DNA of 64,000 nt from an uncultured Desulfatirhabdium sp. (GCA_964549995.1 CAZJXF010000001.1:7829-71828), one strand, 5' to 3'. Counted from the stretch's first letter, positions 46,038 to 56,667 are shown. Made by a program: numbers and translations. The notes: generated by a model from the sequence alone, not told the origin.

Positions 46038-47264
46038 ATGACGGAAATCGTTTTGGGGCTTGGCCTGATCGCAGGCATTTACATGGCCTGGAATATCGGG
46101 GCAAACGACATCGCCAACGGTATGGCCTCTCCAGTGGCGGCCAAGGCGCTTACCCTTCGGCAGGCTGTGGTGTTGGGAGGTGTTCTGGATTTCATCGGAG
46201 CTACATTCATTGGTTCCCATGTCACATCCACCATCAGTAAGGATATCGTTCGAACCGATCTGATTTCCGATCCCCACACCGTTGCCATCGGTCTGTTGGC
46301 CGCTTTGTTTGCGGCTGCCTTCTGGGTGTTCATGGCTACCTGGAAACAATTGCCTGTTTCCACAACCCATTCAATCGTCGGTGCCGTTGTGGGCTTCGGT
46401 TTTGCCGCCGGAGGATTGAAAGCCGTCCAATGGGGGAGGCTTGTTCCCATTGTTGCATCCTGGATCGTTTCACCCCTTTTTGCCGGTCTTCTGACCTACG
46501 TGATTTTCATTCTGATCCGAAGCCGAATTCTCAGTCAGAAGGAAAGTTTCCTCAAGGCCCTGAGATGGACGCCGTTCTTTGCCGGAATCACGTTTCTGGT
46601 GGTCTTTTTGTCGTTGCTGACCAAAACCCCTCTGGGTCAGCGCCTTCAAATCGGTATGTGGGAGGGAATCGTCGGGTCGCTTTTGGCTTCCATCCTGCTC
46701 GGGTTTGCAGCAAAAAGGTGGATGAAGAAGTTTGAAACCGAAACCGAGGAAGAGGGGATCGAACATATCTTCCGCAGACTTCAGGTGTTTACGGCCTGTT
46801 ACGTTTCCCTTGCACACGGTGCCAACGATGTGGCCAATGCCATCGGACCTCTGGCAGGCATTTATTTCATTTATCAATACCACACCATCGCAACGACGGC
46901 CGAAGTGCCCTGGTTTCTGTTGGCAGGCGGCGGCCTCTTCATCGCATTGGGGGTATTTACCTGGGGATACCGGGTCATCGAAACCATCGGGCACAAAATT
47001 ACGGTGCTGAACAATACCCGGGGCTTTGCGGTCGATTTCGGGACGGCGACATCGGTGCTGATCGCCTCCAAACTGGGGTTGCCGGTTTCGACAACCCATG
47101 CCGCGGTCGGTTCGGTGATCGGCGTCGGGCTGAGCGGCGGGCTCGGGGCCGTGGATTTTCGGGTTGTCTGGCAAATCACCATTTATTGGGTGGTTTCTCT
47201 ACCCCTGTCTGCCATTCCGACCATCGTTTTGTTTTACCTTTTCAAGTGGCTCTTGCCTGTCTGA
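46038..47264 (+). CDS. pit: PiT-family inorganic phosphate transporter
   Basis: GANDIANG and GANDVANAIGP signatures, polytopic. Confidence 0.88.
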   Translation: MTEIVLGLGLIAGIYMAWNIGANDIANGMASPVAAKALTLRQAVVLGGVLDFIGATFIGSHVTSTISKDIVRTDLISDPHTVAIGLLAALFAAAFWVFMATWKQLPVSTTHSIVGAVVGFGFAAGGLKAVQWGRLVPIVASWIVSPLFAGLLTYVIFILIRSRILSQKESFLKALRWTPFFAGITFLVVFLSLLTKTPLGQRLQIGMWEGIVGSLLASILLGFAAKRWMKKFETETEEEGIEHIFRRLQVFTACYVSLAHGANDVANAIGPLAGIYFIYQYHTIATTAEVPWFLLAGGGLFIALGVFTWGYRVIETIGHKITVLNNTRGFAVDFGTATSVLIASKLGLPVSTTHAAVGSVIGVGLSGGLGAVDFRVVWQITIYWVVSLPLSAIPTIVLFYLFKWLLPV

Positions 47265-47274
47265 AGGAGTTTGT

Positions 47275-47943
47275 ATGCGTACGGCGCTCATGTCCTTGTT
47301 CCGCAAATCCCCTTTTGAAGGGTTGATCAAGCATGCCAAATTGATCAGTGATTGCAATCCTGTCTTCAGACAAGCCTTTCTGGCCTATCTGGATGGCGCA
47401 ACGAAAGATTTCGAGGTCTATCACAATCAGGTGACGATGATCGAGCACTGGGGAGATGAGATCAAGCGCAACATCCGGGGGCATTTGCCGAGAAATATTC
47501 TGCTGCCGGTCGATAAGTTCCAGATTCTCTGGTATCTGCGCGAGCAGGACAAGATGCTCGACAGTGTGCAGAATGCGCTTCACTGGCTTTCCTATCGACA
47601 GACGGACGTACCCGACGAATATGTGGACGATCTATTGTTGATGGTGGAAAAGGTGGGGGATGTGCTCACTTCCATGCATCCGATGGTCGTAGTTGCGGAC
47701 ATTTACTTCAACAGCTATTCCGAAAAACACCGAACCGATGTCAAGATAGCCATCCGTCGTATTCGGGACTTCGAGTCGCAGTCCGACATGGTCGAGCGGA
47801 AACTCAAATCGGATTTTCTCTCTCATCCCTTCGAAAATCCGACGTCTGCCTTTCACCTGACCAAGCTGGTGCAGTACATGGGAAGCATTTCGGATCATGC
47901 CGAAAATGCAGCGGACATGATGCGGGCCATGATTGCCAAATGA
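47275..47943 (+). CDS. DUF47/PhoU-like phosphate-transport regulator
   Basis: ATG 47275 lies after AAGGAG and gives MRTALMSLFRKSPFEGLIKHAKL. Usual partner of PiT. Confidence 0.8.
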   Translation: MRTALMSLFRKSPFEGLIKHAKLISDCNPVFRQAFLAYLDGATKDFEVYHNQVTMIEHWGDEIKRNIRGHLPRNILLPVDKFQILWYLREQDKMLDSVQNALHWLSYRQTDVPDEYVDDLLLMVEKVGDVLTSMHPMVVVADIYFNSYSEKHRTDVKIAIRRIRDFESQSDMVERKLKSDFLSHPFENPTSAFHLTKLVQYMGSISDHAENAADMMRAMIAK

Positions 47944-48041
47944 ATGCCTATGGCGAAGGTATATCGCACCGCCTCTGAAGATGAAACTTCGGTCGTTCGT
48001 TCGTACCGAAGCAGAGGTTCAGAAAGTTGGCTTATGCCCAA

Positions 48042-48076
48042 CCCTGTAGGGGCGATCCGTCGAGTCGCCTCTACAG
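48042..48076. repeat. GC-hairpin (REP-like)
   Basis: CCTGTAGGGGCGATCCGTCGAGTCGCCTCTACAGG. Confidence 0.7.
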
Positions 48077-48119
48077 GCTTTCGCACTCTCGCACTTGGGA
48101 ACTACGTACCTCGATAAAT

Positions 48120-48276
48120 GACGGCTTCGCAAAAAGGCCGGATGCTGTGTCGTGCTGCATGCATCCTTCGTCGTTGCGGCGTACGTCTAAGTACGTCTCA
48201 CTCCTCAGGATTTGCATTCCTTGCCTGCGGCCTTTTTGCGAAGCCGTCCATATGTTGGACTTTTTGCGAGACCATC
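48120..48276 (+). mobile_element. MITE-B copy
   Basis: GACGGCTTCGCAAAAAGGCCG ... CGGCCTTTTTGCGAAGCCGTC ... GACTTTTTGCGAGACCATC. Confidence 0.85.
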
Positions 48277-48280
48277 ATAA

Positions 48281-48502
48281 ATGATCCATCGGCATTTGAG
48301 CCATCAAGAATTTACGTTGGCAGCGATCGATGATGTGATTGGTAGAGGCAATCGCCTGGATTGGCTGCAGTTGCGGCGTGCCGCAAGGAACGACCCCGAG
48401 ATTCTCAAGAAAATCCTGCGTGTCTGTCAGGCTCACCTTGCCGATCCCTACGCCCAAAGATACCATTTCTGGAAGCTTTATGCCGAAAGACACCTTGCCT
48501 GA
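48281..48502 (+). CDS. 73-aa putative antitoxin partner
   Basis: Overlaps the downstream NTase gene by 23 nt. No recognised motif. Its ATG lies 5 nt after the end of a MITE-B copy. Confidence 0.45.
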   Translation: MIHRHLSHQEFTLAAIDDVIGRGNRLDWLQLRRAARNDPEILKKILRVCQAHLADPYAQRYHFWKLYAERHLA

Positions 48503-49169
48503 ATGGGAACAGGTGCTGAGCGCTGCTGCACATCTACAGCAGGTGATTCCAGAAGCTGTTCTGGTAGGAGGAACCGCTGCTGCTGTTTATGCCGGACATA
48601 GGTTTTCAGCGGATGCCGATCATGTCCTGCTCCATCTAAGGGAGCATTTCGATGAGATCCTGAATGAACTTGAATCCGTAGCAGGCTGGAAAACAGCTCG
48701 CATTCAACGACCAATACAGATTTTGGGAAGTTTGGACGGCATCGAAACCGGAATCCGACAATTGATTCGGAAAGAACCGTTGGAAACGGTTTCCATAGAA
48801 ATCTTGGGGAAAAAGATCCTGCTTCCAACGGAAGCTGAAATTCTTCGTGTCAAAGCGGTGTTGATTCTCAGGCGCAATGCAACGCGAGATTATTTGGATT
48901 TCGCAGCATTGGCCGACCATATAGGTAACAAACGGGTAATCGATGCCCTCCTACGATTCGACGAATTGTACCCTCAACCGAATAACGAATCTGCATTGCA
49001 ACAACTTTTGATTCAGCTTTCGCAGCCGATGCCTTATGATTTGGAAGGCCTCGATTTATCCGAATACAAGCATCTCGAGCAACGATGGCATGATTGGAAT
49101 CGTGTAAGAGCCGTCTGCAACGAATGTGCACTGTTTCTTTTCGATGCCATCGATACGGCGCCGGGTTGA
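48480..49169 (+). CDS. nucleotidyltransferase, AbiEii/AbiGii toxin family-like
   Basis: ATG 48480. LVGGTAAAVYAGHRFSADADHVL matches the GGxAxxxxxxxRxSxDxD NTase motif of AbiEii-type proteins. Confidence 0.65.
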   Translation: MPKDTLPEWEQVLSAAAHLQQVIPEAVLVGGTAAAVYAGHRFSADADHVLLHLREHFDEILNELESVAGWKTARIQRPIQILGSLDGIETGIRQLIRKEPLETVSIEILGKKILLPTEAEILRVKAVLILRRNATRDYLDFAALADHIGNKRVIDALLRFDELYPQPNNESALQQLLIQLSQPMPYDLEGLDLSEYKHLEQRWHDWNRVRAVCNECALFLFDAIDTAPG

Positions 49170-49171
49170 CA

Positions 49172-49864
49172 TTATGCAACGCGAACGATGATGAGGGATC
49201 GAGGTTCGGAAGGCGAACCCAATGGAAGCCTATAGGCCATTGTTTCGATGACAGGGCCGTTACAAAAAGGGGTGTTGTAGAGATGATGAATCGCGGCGTC
49301 ATCAACGGCACCCGTCATGGCGATGAGACGACCTCCGGATTTCACGAGCGGTAATGCCTCCGGCATCCACCGATCGAAGGCGGCAAAGGCTCTCGAAATG
49401 ACGGTGTCGAATGCTTCCCGAAAGTGATCCTGCCGCAGGATTTCCGTCAGTTTCGCTTCGATACAGATCACATTCCCCAGCCCGAGTCTTCGAAGAACCG
49501 ACCGCTGAAAATTCACCCGCTTCCTGGAGGCATCCAAGAGGGTTACTTGCAGATCCGGCCGAAACACGGCAAGCGGTATCCCCGGAAAACCACCCCCTGA
49601 TCCCACATCCAGAAGTGAAGCATTTTCTGGGATATGGGGGGTCGGGATTAGGGAATCGACAAAATGTTTGACTGCGATTTCCGTCGGATCCGTGATGGCG
49701 GTGATGTTGATTCTCCGGTTCCAGGCAAGCAGCTCAAGCGCATAGGCTTCGAAACGGATGGCATGATCGGCGGTGAGGTGCAAACCTGTCTGTGCTGCGG
49801 CTTCGATCAGAAAGCGTTGCCAGCAAGGGGATGGAAAAGGGATGGAGGGTGGTGACGCCGCCAT
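49172..49864 (-). CDS. rsmG: 16S rRNA (guanine527-N7)-methyltransferase
   Basis: LLDVGSGGGFPGIPLAV SAM motif, 230 aa. Confidence 0.85.
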   Translation of the reverse strand: MAASPPSIPFPSPCWQRFLIEAAAQTGLHLTADHAIRFEAYALELLAWNRRINITAITDPTEIAVKHFVDSLIPTPHIPENASLLDVGSGGGFPGIPLAVFRPDLQVTLLDASRKRVNFQRSVLRRLGLGNVICIEAKLTEILRQDHFREAFDTVISRAFAAFDRWMPEALPLVKSGGRLIAMTGAVDDAAIHHLYNTPFCNGPVIETMAYRLPLGSPSEPRSLIIVRVA

Positions 49865-49870
49865 GGGCTA

Positions 49871-51394
49871 TCATCGGTACTTTCGGTAATCGATGCCGTG
49901 TTGCTTCGCCTTGTAGGCGAATTTTCGGACCGTGGTCTTGACCATTTCGGCTGCGAGGGTCAGGTTTCCTCGGGTGTTTTTGAGGGCATCGACGATGATT
50001 TCCCGTTCCAGATTGGCCACGGCTTCTTCCATCGAATAGGTGGGCTGGGTGCCGGTTTCCTGACCCGTCTGAAGGGTCGGCGGCAGGTGATAGCTGTGGA
50101 TGACGCCTTCGTTGCACAGCAGGACGGCGCGCTCGATACAGTTCTCGAGTTCCCGGACGTTTCCGGGCCAGTGGTAGTGCATGAGCATGTCGATGGCCGG
50201 TGTCGACAATCGCCTGATTTCCTTGTGATTTTCTTTGGCGTATTTTTCCAGGAAATACTCCGCCAGCAGCAGGATGTCGGTTTTCCGTTCCCGAAGCGGG
50301 GGCATGTAAATGGGAAAAACGTTCAACCGGTAATAGAGATCCCCCCGGAAAGACCCTTCCTCAACCGCTTGTTCCAGATTTTTGTTCGTTGCTGCGATCA
50401 CCCGCACATCGACTTTGATCGTCTTCTGTCCGCCGACCCGTTCGATTTCCCTTTCCTGAAGTACCCGAAGAAGGCGGGCCTGAACCTCGAGTCCGATAGA
50501 GCCGATTTCATCCAGAAAGATCGTCCCTTTGTTCGCCAGTTCGAAGCGCCCGAGTTTCTGGCGGATGGCGCCGGTAAATGCGCCTTTTTCGTGTCCGAAA
50601 AGTTCGCTTTCGATGAGATTGGGAGGAAGGGCTGCACAATTGACCTTGACAAAAGGGCCTGTAGCCCGATGGGAATTGAAGTGGACGGAGTGCGCCACGA
50701 GCTCTTTTCCGGTGCCGCTTTCTCCTCGGATGAGCACCGTGGCGTTGCTCTTGGAAACCTGGGCGATCATCTGGAAGACTTCCCGCATGCGGCTGCTGTT
50801 GCCCACGATGTTCGAAAAACTGTATTTCTGGCCGAGTTGGTCCCTGAGTCGCTGGTTTTCGGCCTTGAGGTGTTCCTTCTCCATCCGGATTGTTTCGAGA
50901 TTGATGACGTGGCGGGCGACCATGGTGGCGATGACGGAAAGCAACTGCTCACCGGTTTTCAGCGAATATTTCGGGTCATAAGGTCTGTCGACACTGAGAG
51001 CGCCGATCACCTGGGAAGCGTTCTTGATGGGAACACAGATGAAGGAGATTTCTTGGGAAGGTGAAGCCTTGCGGGTTTTCGTTCGGTTGAGAAAGAGCGG
51101 TTCCTTGCTGATTTCCGGAATGATCACCGCTGTTCCGGATGCGATCACCCGACCGGTGATGCCTTCGCCGAGCTTGTATTTAACGCGCTCCACCGTGGAT
51201 GGGGCGATGCCGTGGGCGACTTCGATGCTGATTTCGTTGGTGATCGGATTCAGAATGGTGATGGTGCCCCGAATCATCTGCATGGAATTGGCCAGGATAT
51301 CGAGCACCCGGTATAGGGATTTGCGCAGGTCGAGGGATTCGTTCAGTGCGTTGCTGATTTCGTAGAGCAGGCTGATATCTTCGATGCGGTTCAT
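49871..51394 (-). CDS. sigma-54-dependent transcriptional activator (GAF-AAA+-HTH)
   Basis: N-terminal GAF region, GESGTGKE Walker [16 protein letters not shown] (GAFTGA), C-terminal Fis-type HTH. Confidence 0.9.
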   Translation of the reverse strand: MNRIEDISLLYEISNALNESLDLRKSLYRVLDILANSMQMIRGTITILNPITNEISIEVAHGIAPSTVERVKYKLGEGITGRVIASGTAVIIPEISKEPLFLNRTKTRKASPSQEISFICVPIKNASQVIGALSVDRPYDPKYSLKTGEQLLSVIATMVARHVINLETIRMEKEHLKAENQRLRDQLGQKYSFSNIVGNSSRMREVFQMIAQVSKSNATVLIRGESGTGKELVAHSVHFNSHRATGPFVKVNCAALPPNLIESELFGHEKGAFTGAIRQKLGRFELANKGTIFLDEIGSIGLEVQARLLRVLQEREIERVGGQKTIKVDVRVIAATNKNLEQAVEEGSFRGDLYYRLNVFPIYMPPLRERKTDILLLAEYFLEKYAKENHKEIRRLSTPAIDMLMHYHWPGNVRELENCIERAVLLCNEGVIHSYHLPPTLQTGQETGTQPTYSMEEAVANLEREIIVDALKNTRGNLTLAAEMVKTTVRKFAYKAKQHGIDYRKYR

Positions 51395-51453
51395 GGTCGA
51401 TCTTTACGGTGATGTCGTTGAGAAACTGGCACGTTCCTATGATAGTCGAATAT

Positions 51454-51532
51454 CAGGAGTCAGAAGTCAGGAGTCAGAAGTCAGAATAAAAGCGGAAGAA
51501 CCTTTAGGGCTGACCCGCCGGGTCGCCCCTGC
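51454..51532 (+). repeat. mosaic element C, short form (5-unit CAGRAGT array + GC hairpin)
   Basis: CAGGAGT CAGAAGT CAGGAGT CAGAAGT CAGAATA AAAGCGGAAGAACC...GGGCTGACCCGCCGGGTCGCCCCTG. Confidence 0.8.
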
Positions 51533-51752
51533 GTGGTCCAGCGTAGGCAGATCCTCTGAGTTCGTGTATTGGTCCGGAACAATGACTGATTTTCATCGAC
51601 GGGGGTGGAGACCATCGCCACGAGCATGTAATTTGAATATGTATGCCGCTTTTATCAGCGAATCAAGTCAAATATCTGCAAGTACCGACAAATCGCAATT
51701 GACACCCGGACATGTCCGGCGTAAGGATGCCAAAATCATTTTCACTATTTTA

Positions 51753-51896
51753 ATGGACTCGCAAAAAGCCAAGTAATCTACAGTGAACCACATGAACGCG
51801 AATACATCCTTGCAGCATCAAAAGCCGTACCCGCCCCCATGCTTAAACCGGAAATACCATGCAATCAGGGGTACAGCGACTTTTTGCGAGGCCATC
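51753..51896 (+). mobile_element. MITE-A copy (internally deleted, 144 bp)
   Basis: AATGGACTCGCAAAAAGCC ... GCGACTTTTTGCGAGGCCATC. Confidence 0.8.
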
Positions 51897-52128
51897 TTTT
51901 TTGATCATCTTGCAACAAGCCGTCACCCCTGTGAAAGCGACGAGCAGGATAACCAGAGATGGACTGTGTTTACTGCATGATGGCCATTACAGGGAATGAC
52001 CGATTTGGTTTCTTTCGACTCATTTTGAGTTCATTGATTTTCAACGATTCACTTGATTCTTTGGTCGATTTTGGTATGTTGTGGCTATATCGTAATTACT
52101 TTATAACTATCAACCTGGAGCCAACCCT

Positions 52129-53679
52129 ATGGATGCATCGACCTTGCTCGAAACACTACGTCACAAACAGATGGAAGCCTTGGAAGGCGGCGGAAAGGAC
52201 AAGATCGACAAACAGCACCAAGCCGGTAAATTGACGGCGCGGGAGCGGATCGCCGAACTTCTCGATCCCGGATCCTTTGTGGAAATCGATCGGTTTAAGG
52301 TGCATCGTTGCATCGATTTCGACATGCAGTCCCAAAAAATCGCTGGGGACGGTGTCGTTACGGGTTATGGGACCATCAATGGAAGACAGACATTTGTTTT
52401 TGCACAGGATTTTACCGCTTTCGGCGGTTCGCTTTCTCTGGCTCATGCTGAAAAGATCTGCAAGATCATGAAAACCGCCATGAAGATCGGCGCCCCGGTC
52501 ATCGGGCTGTGCGATTCGGGAGGGGCCCGCATTCAGGAAGGGGTTATGAGCCTTGCCGGTTATGCCGACATCTTCCTTCTGAACGTCATGGCGTCGGGGG
52601 TTATTCCGCAGATTACAGCCATCATGGGGCCGTCTGCAGGGGGGGCGGTGTACAGCCCGGCGTTGACCGACTGGATTTTTATGGTGGAGAAGACCAGTCA
52701 TATGTTTATCACGGGGCCGGAGGTCATCAAGGCCGTTACCCGGGAAACCGTTACCAAGGAAGAACTGGGTGGCGCCATGGCGCACAACGCCAAGAGCGGT
52801 GTCGCCCATTTCTCTGCACCCGACGATCGGGCTTGTCTCGCCATGATTCGGGAGCTCATGAGTTTTCTACCGCAGAACAACATGGAAGATCCGCCCCGCA
52901 TCCAGCCGACGGACGATCCGGCACGACGGGATGAAGCCCTGCGGGAAGTCGTCCCGACCGATCCCAACAAACCTTACGATATCCGGGACATCATCCACTC
53001 GAATCTCGACAACCGCTATTTCTTCGAGGTGCACCAGCACTGGGCCAAAAACATTGTGGTCGGCTTCGGGCGGCTAGACGGCATGCCGGTCGGCATCGTC
53101 GCCAACCAGCCCAATGTCATGGCCGGTTGCCTCGATATCGACGCATCGATCAAGGGGGCGCGCTTTGTCCGGTTCTGCGATGCCTTCAACATCCCCCTCA
53201 TCGTCTATGAGGATGTCCCCGGTTTTCTCCCCGGAACCCACCAGGAACATGGCGGCATCATCAAGCACGGGGCCAAGCTGATCTATGCCTTCTGTGAAGC
53301 CACCGTTCCCCGCATTACAGTCATCACCCGAAAGGCCTACGGCGGAGCCTACATCGTCATGAATTCGAAACACATCCGCGGAGACATCAATCTTGCCTTT
53401 CCAGGGGCCGAAATCGCCGTCATGGGGGCGGAAGGCGCCGTCAACATCATCTGCCGCAAAGAAATTCAAGAGGCTTCCGATCCGAAGGAAGAACGGGCGA
53501 AACGCATCGCCGAATATCAGGAAAAGTTTTCGAACCCTTACCGGGCTGCAGAACTGGGATATATCGACGATGTCATCGATCCGGCCGATACGCGCTTTCA
53601 TCTGATTCAGGCCCTTCGAATGCTTCGAACCAAACGGGACATCAACCCCCCCAAGAAACACGGAAACATCCCGTTGTAA
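52129..53679 (+). CDS. acyl-CoA carboxyltransferase (alpha subunit of a Na+-translocating methylmalonyl-/glutaconyl-CoA decarboxylase)
   Basis: 516 aa. [50 protein letters not shown]. Followed by a beta-subunit gene. Confidence 0.85.
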   Translation: MDASTLLETLRHKQMEALEGGGKDKIDKQHQAGKLTARERIAELLDPGSFVEIDRFKVHRCIDFDMQSQKIAGDGVVTGYGTINGRQTFVFAQDFTAFGGSLSLAHAEKICKIMKTAMKIGAPVIGLCDSGGARIQEGVMSLAGYADIFLLNVMASGVIPQITAIMGPSAGGAVYSPALTDWIFMVEKTSHMFITGPEVIKAVTRETVTKEELGGAMAHNAKSGVAHFSAPDDRACLAMIRELMSFLPQNNMEDPPRIQPTDDPARRDEALREVVPTDPNKPYDIRDIIHSNLDNRYFFEVHQHWAKNIVVGFGRLDGMPVGIVANQPNVMAGCLDIDASIKGARFVRFCDAFNIPLIVYEDVPGFLPGTHQEHGGIIKHGAKLIYAFCEATVPRITVITRKAYGGAYIVMNSKHIRGDINLAFPGAEIAVMGAEGAVNIICRKEIQEASDPKEERAKRIAEYQEKFSNPYRAAELGYIDDVIDPADTRFHLIQALRMLRTKRDINPPKKHGNIPL

Positions 53680-53688
53680 GGAGGCGGC

Positions 53689-54837
53689 ATGACCTGGGAA
53701 CAGATCGTCGAGCTCATTCAGAACATTCTCATCTCGCAGACCGGAATTCCGAATCTAACAGGCGGACAGCTGGTCATGATCTGCATCGGCTTATTCTTCC
53801 TATATCTGGCGATTGCCAAGGAATATGAGCCCCTCTTGCTGCTGCCTATTGGATTCGGCATTTTTCTCGTGAATTTTCCCATTACGCCTCTGATGGGATA
53901 CACCGAACATGGGACGCCGGAGCTCATCCGGGCGTTTTACAAATACGGCGTCGAATGGGAAATCATTCCCTGTGTCATCTTTCTGGGGCTCGGCGCCATG
54001 ACGGATTTCGGTCCCCTCATTGCCAACCCCAAGACGCTGATCGTCGGTGCAGGTGCTCAGCTCGGGGTGTTCGTCACCTACATCGGCACCCTCTTCTTTG
54101 GATTCACCCTCAAGGAGGCCGCATCGGTCGGAATCATCGGTGGAGCGGACGGTCCGACCACCATTTATCTCACGGCCAAACTCGCTCCCCATCTTCTGGG
54201 TGCAAACGCCCTGGCGGCCTATTCTTATATGGCCATGGTGCCACTCATTCAGCCACCCATCATGCGGTTGTTCACGACACCAGCTCAACGAAAAATCCGT
54301 ATGCGCCAGCTTCGTCCGGTATCCGCCCGGGAAAAGCTCATCTTTCCCCTCATCGGGTGTACACTGATTGTCCTGCTGATACCGGCCGTTGCTCCTCTGA
54401 TGGGGATGTTCATGCTCGGAAACCTGATGCGGGAAAGCGGGGTGGTCAAACGGCTTTCCGACACGGCCCAGAATGCCCTCATGAACATCGTGACCATCTT
54501 TCTCGGTCTTTCGGTCGGGGCGACGATGCAGGCCGATGTCTTCTTGAACTACAAGCCGCTGATCATCTTCGCTTTTGGTATGCTCGATTTTGCCGTATGT
54601 ACCATCGGGGGTATTCTGACGGTACATCTCATGAATCTGTTTCTGAAGGAGAAGATGAATCCTCTCATCGGTTCGGCGGGGGTGTCGGCGGTTCCGATGT
54701 CCGCCCGGGTGTCCCACAGTGAAGGATTGAAGGCCGATCCGGACAACTGGCTGCTCATGCATGCGATGGGGCCCAATCTGGCCGGTGTCATCGGCAGTGC
54801 TGCCGCAGCCGGCATGTTTATTGCCATGTTTCAATAG
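53689..54837 (+). CDS. Na+-translocating decarboxylase beta subunit (OadB/MmdB/GcdB family)
   Basis: 382 aa, polytopic. ...[10 protein letters not shown]...[12 protein letters not shown]...[15 protein letters not shown]. Confidence 0.88.
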   Translation: MTWEQIVELIQNILISQTGIPNLTGGQLVMICIGLFFLYLAIAKEYEPLLLLPIGFGIFLVNFPITPLMGYTEHGTPELIRAFYKYGVEWEIIPCVIFLGLGAMTDFGPLIANPKTLIVGAGAQLGVFVTYIGTLFFGFTLKEAASVGIIGGADGPTTIYLTAKLAPHLLGANALAAYSYMAMVPLIQPPIMRLFTTPAQRKIRMRQLRPVSAREKLIFPLIGCTLIVLLIPAVAPLMGMFMLGNLMRESGVVKRLSDTAQNALMNIVTIFLGLSVGATMQADVFLNYKPLIIFAFGMLDFAVCTIGGILTVHLMNLFLKEKMNPLIGSAGVSAVPMSARVSHSEGLKADPDNWLLMHAMGPNLAGVIGSAAAAGMFIAMFQ

Positions 54838-54846
54838 GAGGCCGCC

Positions 54847-55830
54847 ATGAACCAACGAAACACGTGTCGATCCTTTCTTGCCACCGCTTGGATCGTCTGG
54901 CTGTTTGGATGGTGGACCGGTATCGGATGGGCCGCCTTTGGCGACGACATTGAAAAACCCCAGCCCAAATTTGTCCGCGAAGGAAATACCGTCATCGCTA
55001 CCCTGCTTCCAAGGGCGAAGAGTACGAGCGTCCAGATCCGGTTCGAACCCGATCGATCCCTTCCGATGGAGGTCTCCGGAATCGATTTCGAAACCATCCG
55101 TACGCCCGATCTCGATATCAAGGAATTCAAATCGGCTTTCTTTCAGGTGGATATCGAGGGTGTGGTTCCGGGAGGGCAGGTTGTGCTGAGCATCACGTCG
55201 GATTTCTTCACATCATCGACCCAATACTGGGTGTATCGTCCCGATGGTGCGGTCCGGTGGAGTGATAGTGGTGTTGCGGCAAAAAAGGTTGCCGATAAGG
55301 TGTACACGTTTTCCGTTTCGATTCAAGACGGCGGCCCCTTCGATGCTGACGGAACGGCGGACGGCCGGATTCGGTTTATCGGTGGACCGAAAGATGGATT
55401 CTGGAGCTATGCCCTGGGGACGTTGGTGATCCGGTTTTTCGGGGTGTTCATGGTGCTTTCCGTTCTGATGATCGGAATGATGGTTGTGGGAAGGCTGTTT
55501 GTACACTTCGAGAAAGGCGGAGCGATCGCTGCTCCCAAAACTGCTCCGGCACCTGCGAAAAAGGCGTCTTCCGCTCCGACGGCCGAAGGGGGGGAGGAGG
55601 CTGCGGTTGCAGCCATCGCCACGGCCATTCATCTGAGTCGGGGAGGACGAGCGGAGGAAGAGGAGGCCATCGCTGCGGCTATCGCTGTTGCGCTGTACCT
55701 TGAAGCCAATGCCGGTTCATCCGCCCGGGAGGGATCTTTGGGGGGTCGAAACGACTGGGCGATCGTCGGAAGGCAACTGCTGCAGGAAACGCGGCTGCAG
55801 GTGTTCACCCGACCGATTCCTTCTCGATAG
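54847..55830 (+). CDS. OadG-like decarboxylase small subunit with ~190-aa N-terminal secreted domain
   Basis: C-terminal half: FFGVFMVLSVLMIGMMVVGRLFVHF, an Ala/Pro linker, and AAIATAIHL / AAAIAVALYL repeats (OadG/MmdD-like). N-terminus: signal/anchor plus a beta-rich domain with DGGPFDADGTADGRIRFIGGP. Confidence 0.7.
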   Translation: MNQRNTCRSFLATAWIVWLFGWWTGIGWAAFGDDIEKPQPKFVREGNTVIATLLPRAKSTSVQIRFEPDRSLPMEVSGIDFETIRTPDLDIKEFKSAFFQVDIEGVVPGGQVVLSITSDFFTSSTQYWVYRPDGAVRWSDSGVAAKKVADKVYTFSVSIQDGGPFDADGTADGRIRFIGGPKDGFWSYALGTLVIRFFGVFMVLSVLMIGMMVVGRLFVHFEKGGAIAAPKTAPAPAKKASSAPTAEGGEEAAVAAIATAIHLSRGGRAEEEEAIAAAIAVALYLEANAGSSAREGSLGGRNDWAIVGRQLLQETRLQVFTRPIPSR

Positions 55831-55913
55831 ATGTTCGTGGCGGTAGGAACTGTCCCAAAGACGAATCATTTCCGGCCGACGCAATCTATTCTGGCTGGGG
55901 CTGGGTCTCTTAA

Positions 55914-56105
55914 GGGGCGACCCGCCGGATCGCCCCTGCATGCTTTCGTACTTGGCAACGACGCATCTCGCATTTTCAAAATACGTCGTCATGCAACCGG
56001 GGTTTCACCCCCTATGAATGCAAGGCTCAGGGGGCGAGTCTGAAAAAAGGTTTCTTCCACCTTTATTCTGACTCCTGACTCCTGACTCCTGACTTCTGAC
56101 TCCTG
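55914..56105 (-). repeat. mosaic element C, long form, inverted (GC hairpin + body + 6-unit array)
   Basis: GGGGCGACCCGCCGGATCGCCCC at 55914-55936. TATTCTG ACTCCTG x3 ACTTCTG ACTCCTG at 56064-56105. Confidence 0.8.
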
Positions 56106-56196
56106 ATATTCGATTTCGTAGAAAAATGCCCTTTGCTTTCATCCGTCTCCAATGGTATGAAACCCTTTGAACCATTTCAATGGAATGAGGAAAACC

Positions 56197-56664
56197 ATGA
56201 ATTATCAGCTGACCATCAATGGAAAAGACTTTGATGTCACCATCGCCGGTATCACCGGCTCTACCGCACGGGTGCTGGTGAACGGAAAACCCTATGACGT
56301 TCGGATCGGGCAGACGGCCGGAGGCGGCGGCGGTGGTACTCCAACCGTCCAGCATGTGGCTTCCGTTCCGCCGGTTTCCACCGGTTCGCCGTCTGTGTCT
56401 CAGCCGGCGGCCCCTGCCACCTCGACAGTCCAGGATGATGCACCAGCCGAAGGAGAGGCCATCCTGGCCCCGATGCCTGGGTTGATCCTGGAGGTGAAAG
56501 TCAAGGTCGGACAACTGGTGGTGGCCGGGGAAACGGTCGCCGTGATGGAAGCCATGAAGATGGAAAACAATCTGATGACCCACGCGGCCGGTACCGTCAA
56601 GGAAATTCGCGTCGAAAAGGGAACGGAAGTTTCGACGGGAGATGTCATTATGGTCATTGGATGA
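56197..56664 (+). CDS. biotin carboxyl carrier subunit
   Basis: ATG 56197. Ala/Pro/Gly linker, then the biotinyl domain ILAPMPGLILEVKVKVG...VMEAMKMEN. Confidence 0.88.
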   Translation: MNYQLTINGKDFDVTIAGITGSTARVLVNGKPYDVRIGQTAGGGGGGTPTVQHVASVPPVSTGSPSVSQPAAPATSTVQDDAPAEGEAILAPMPGLILEVKVKVGQLVVAGETVAVMEAMKMENNLMTHAAGTVKEIRVEKGTEVSTGDVIMVIG

Positions 56665-56667
56665 AAT

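Noticed and set aside
51427-51442. TGGCACGTTCCTATGA as a sigma-54 promoter
   Set aside because: There is no TTGC at -12, and it lies about 700 nt from the next downstream gene. TGGCAC hits at 9620, 12885 and 36770 are inside coding sequence.
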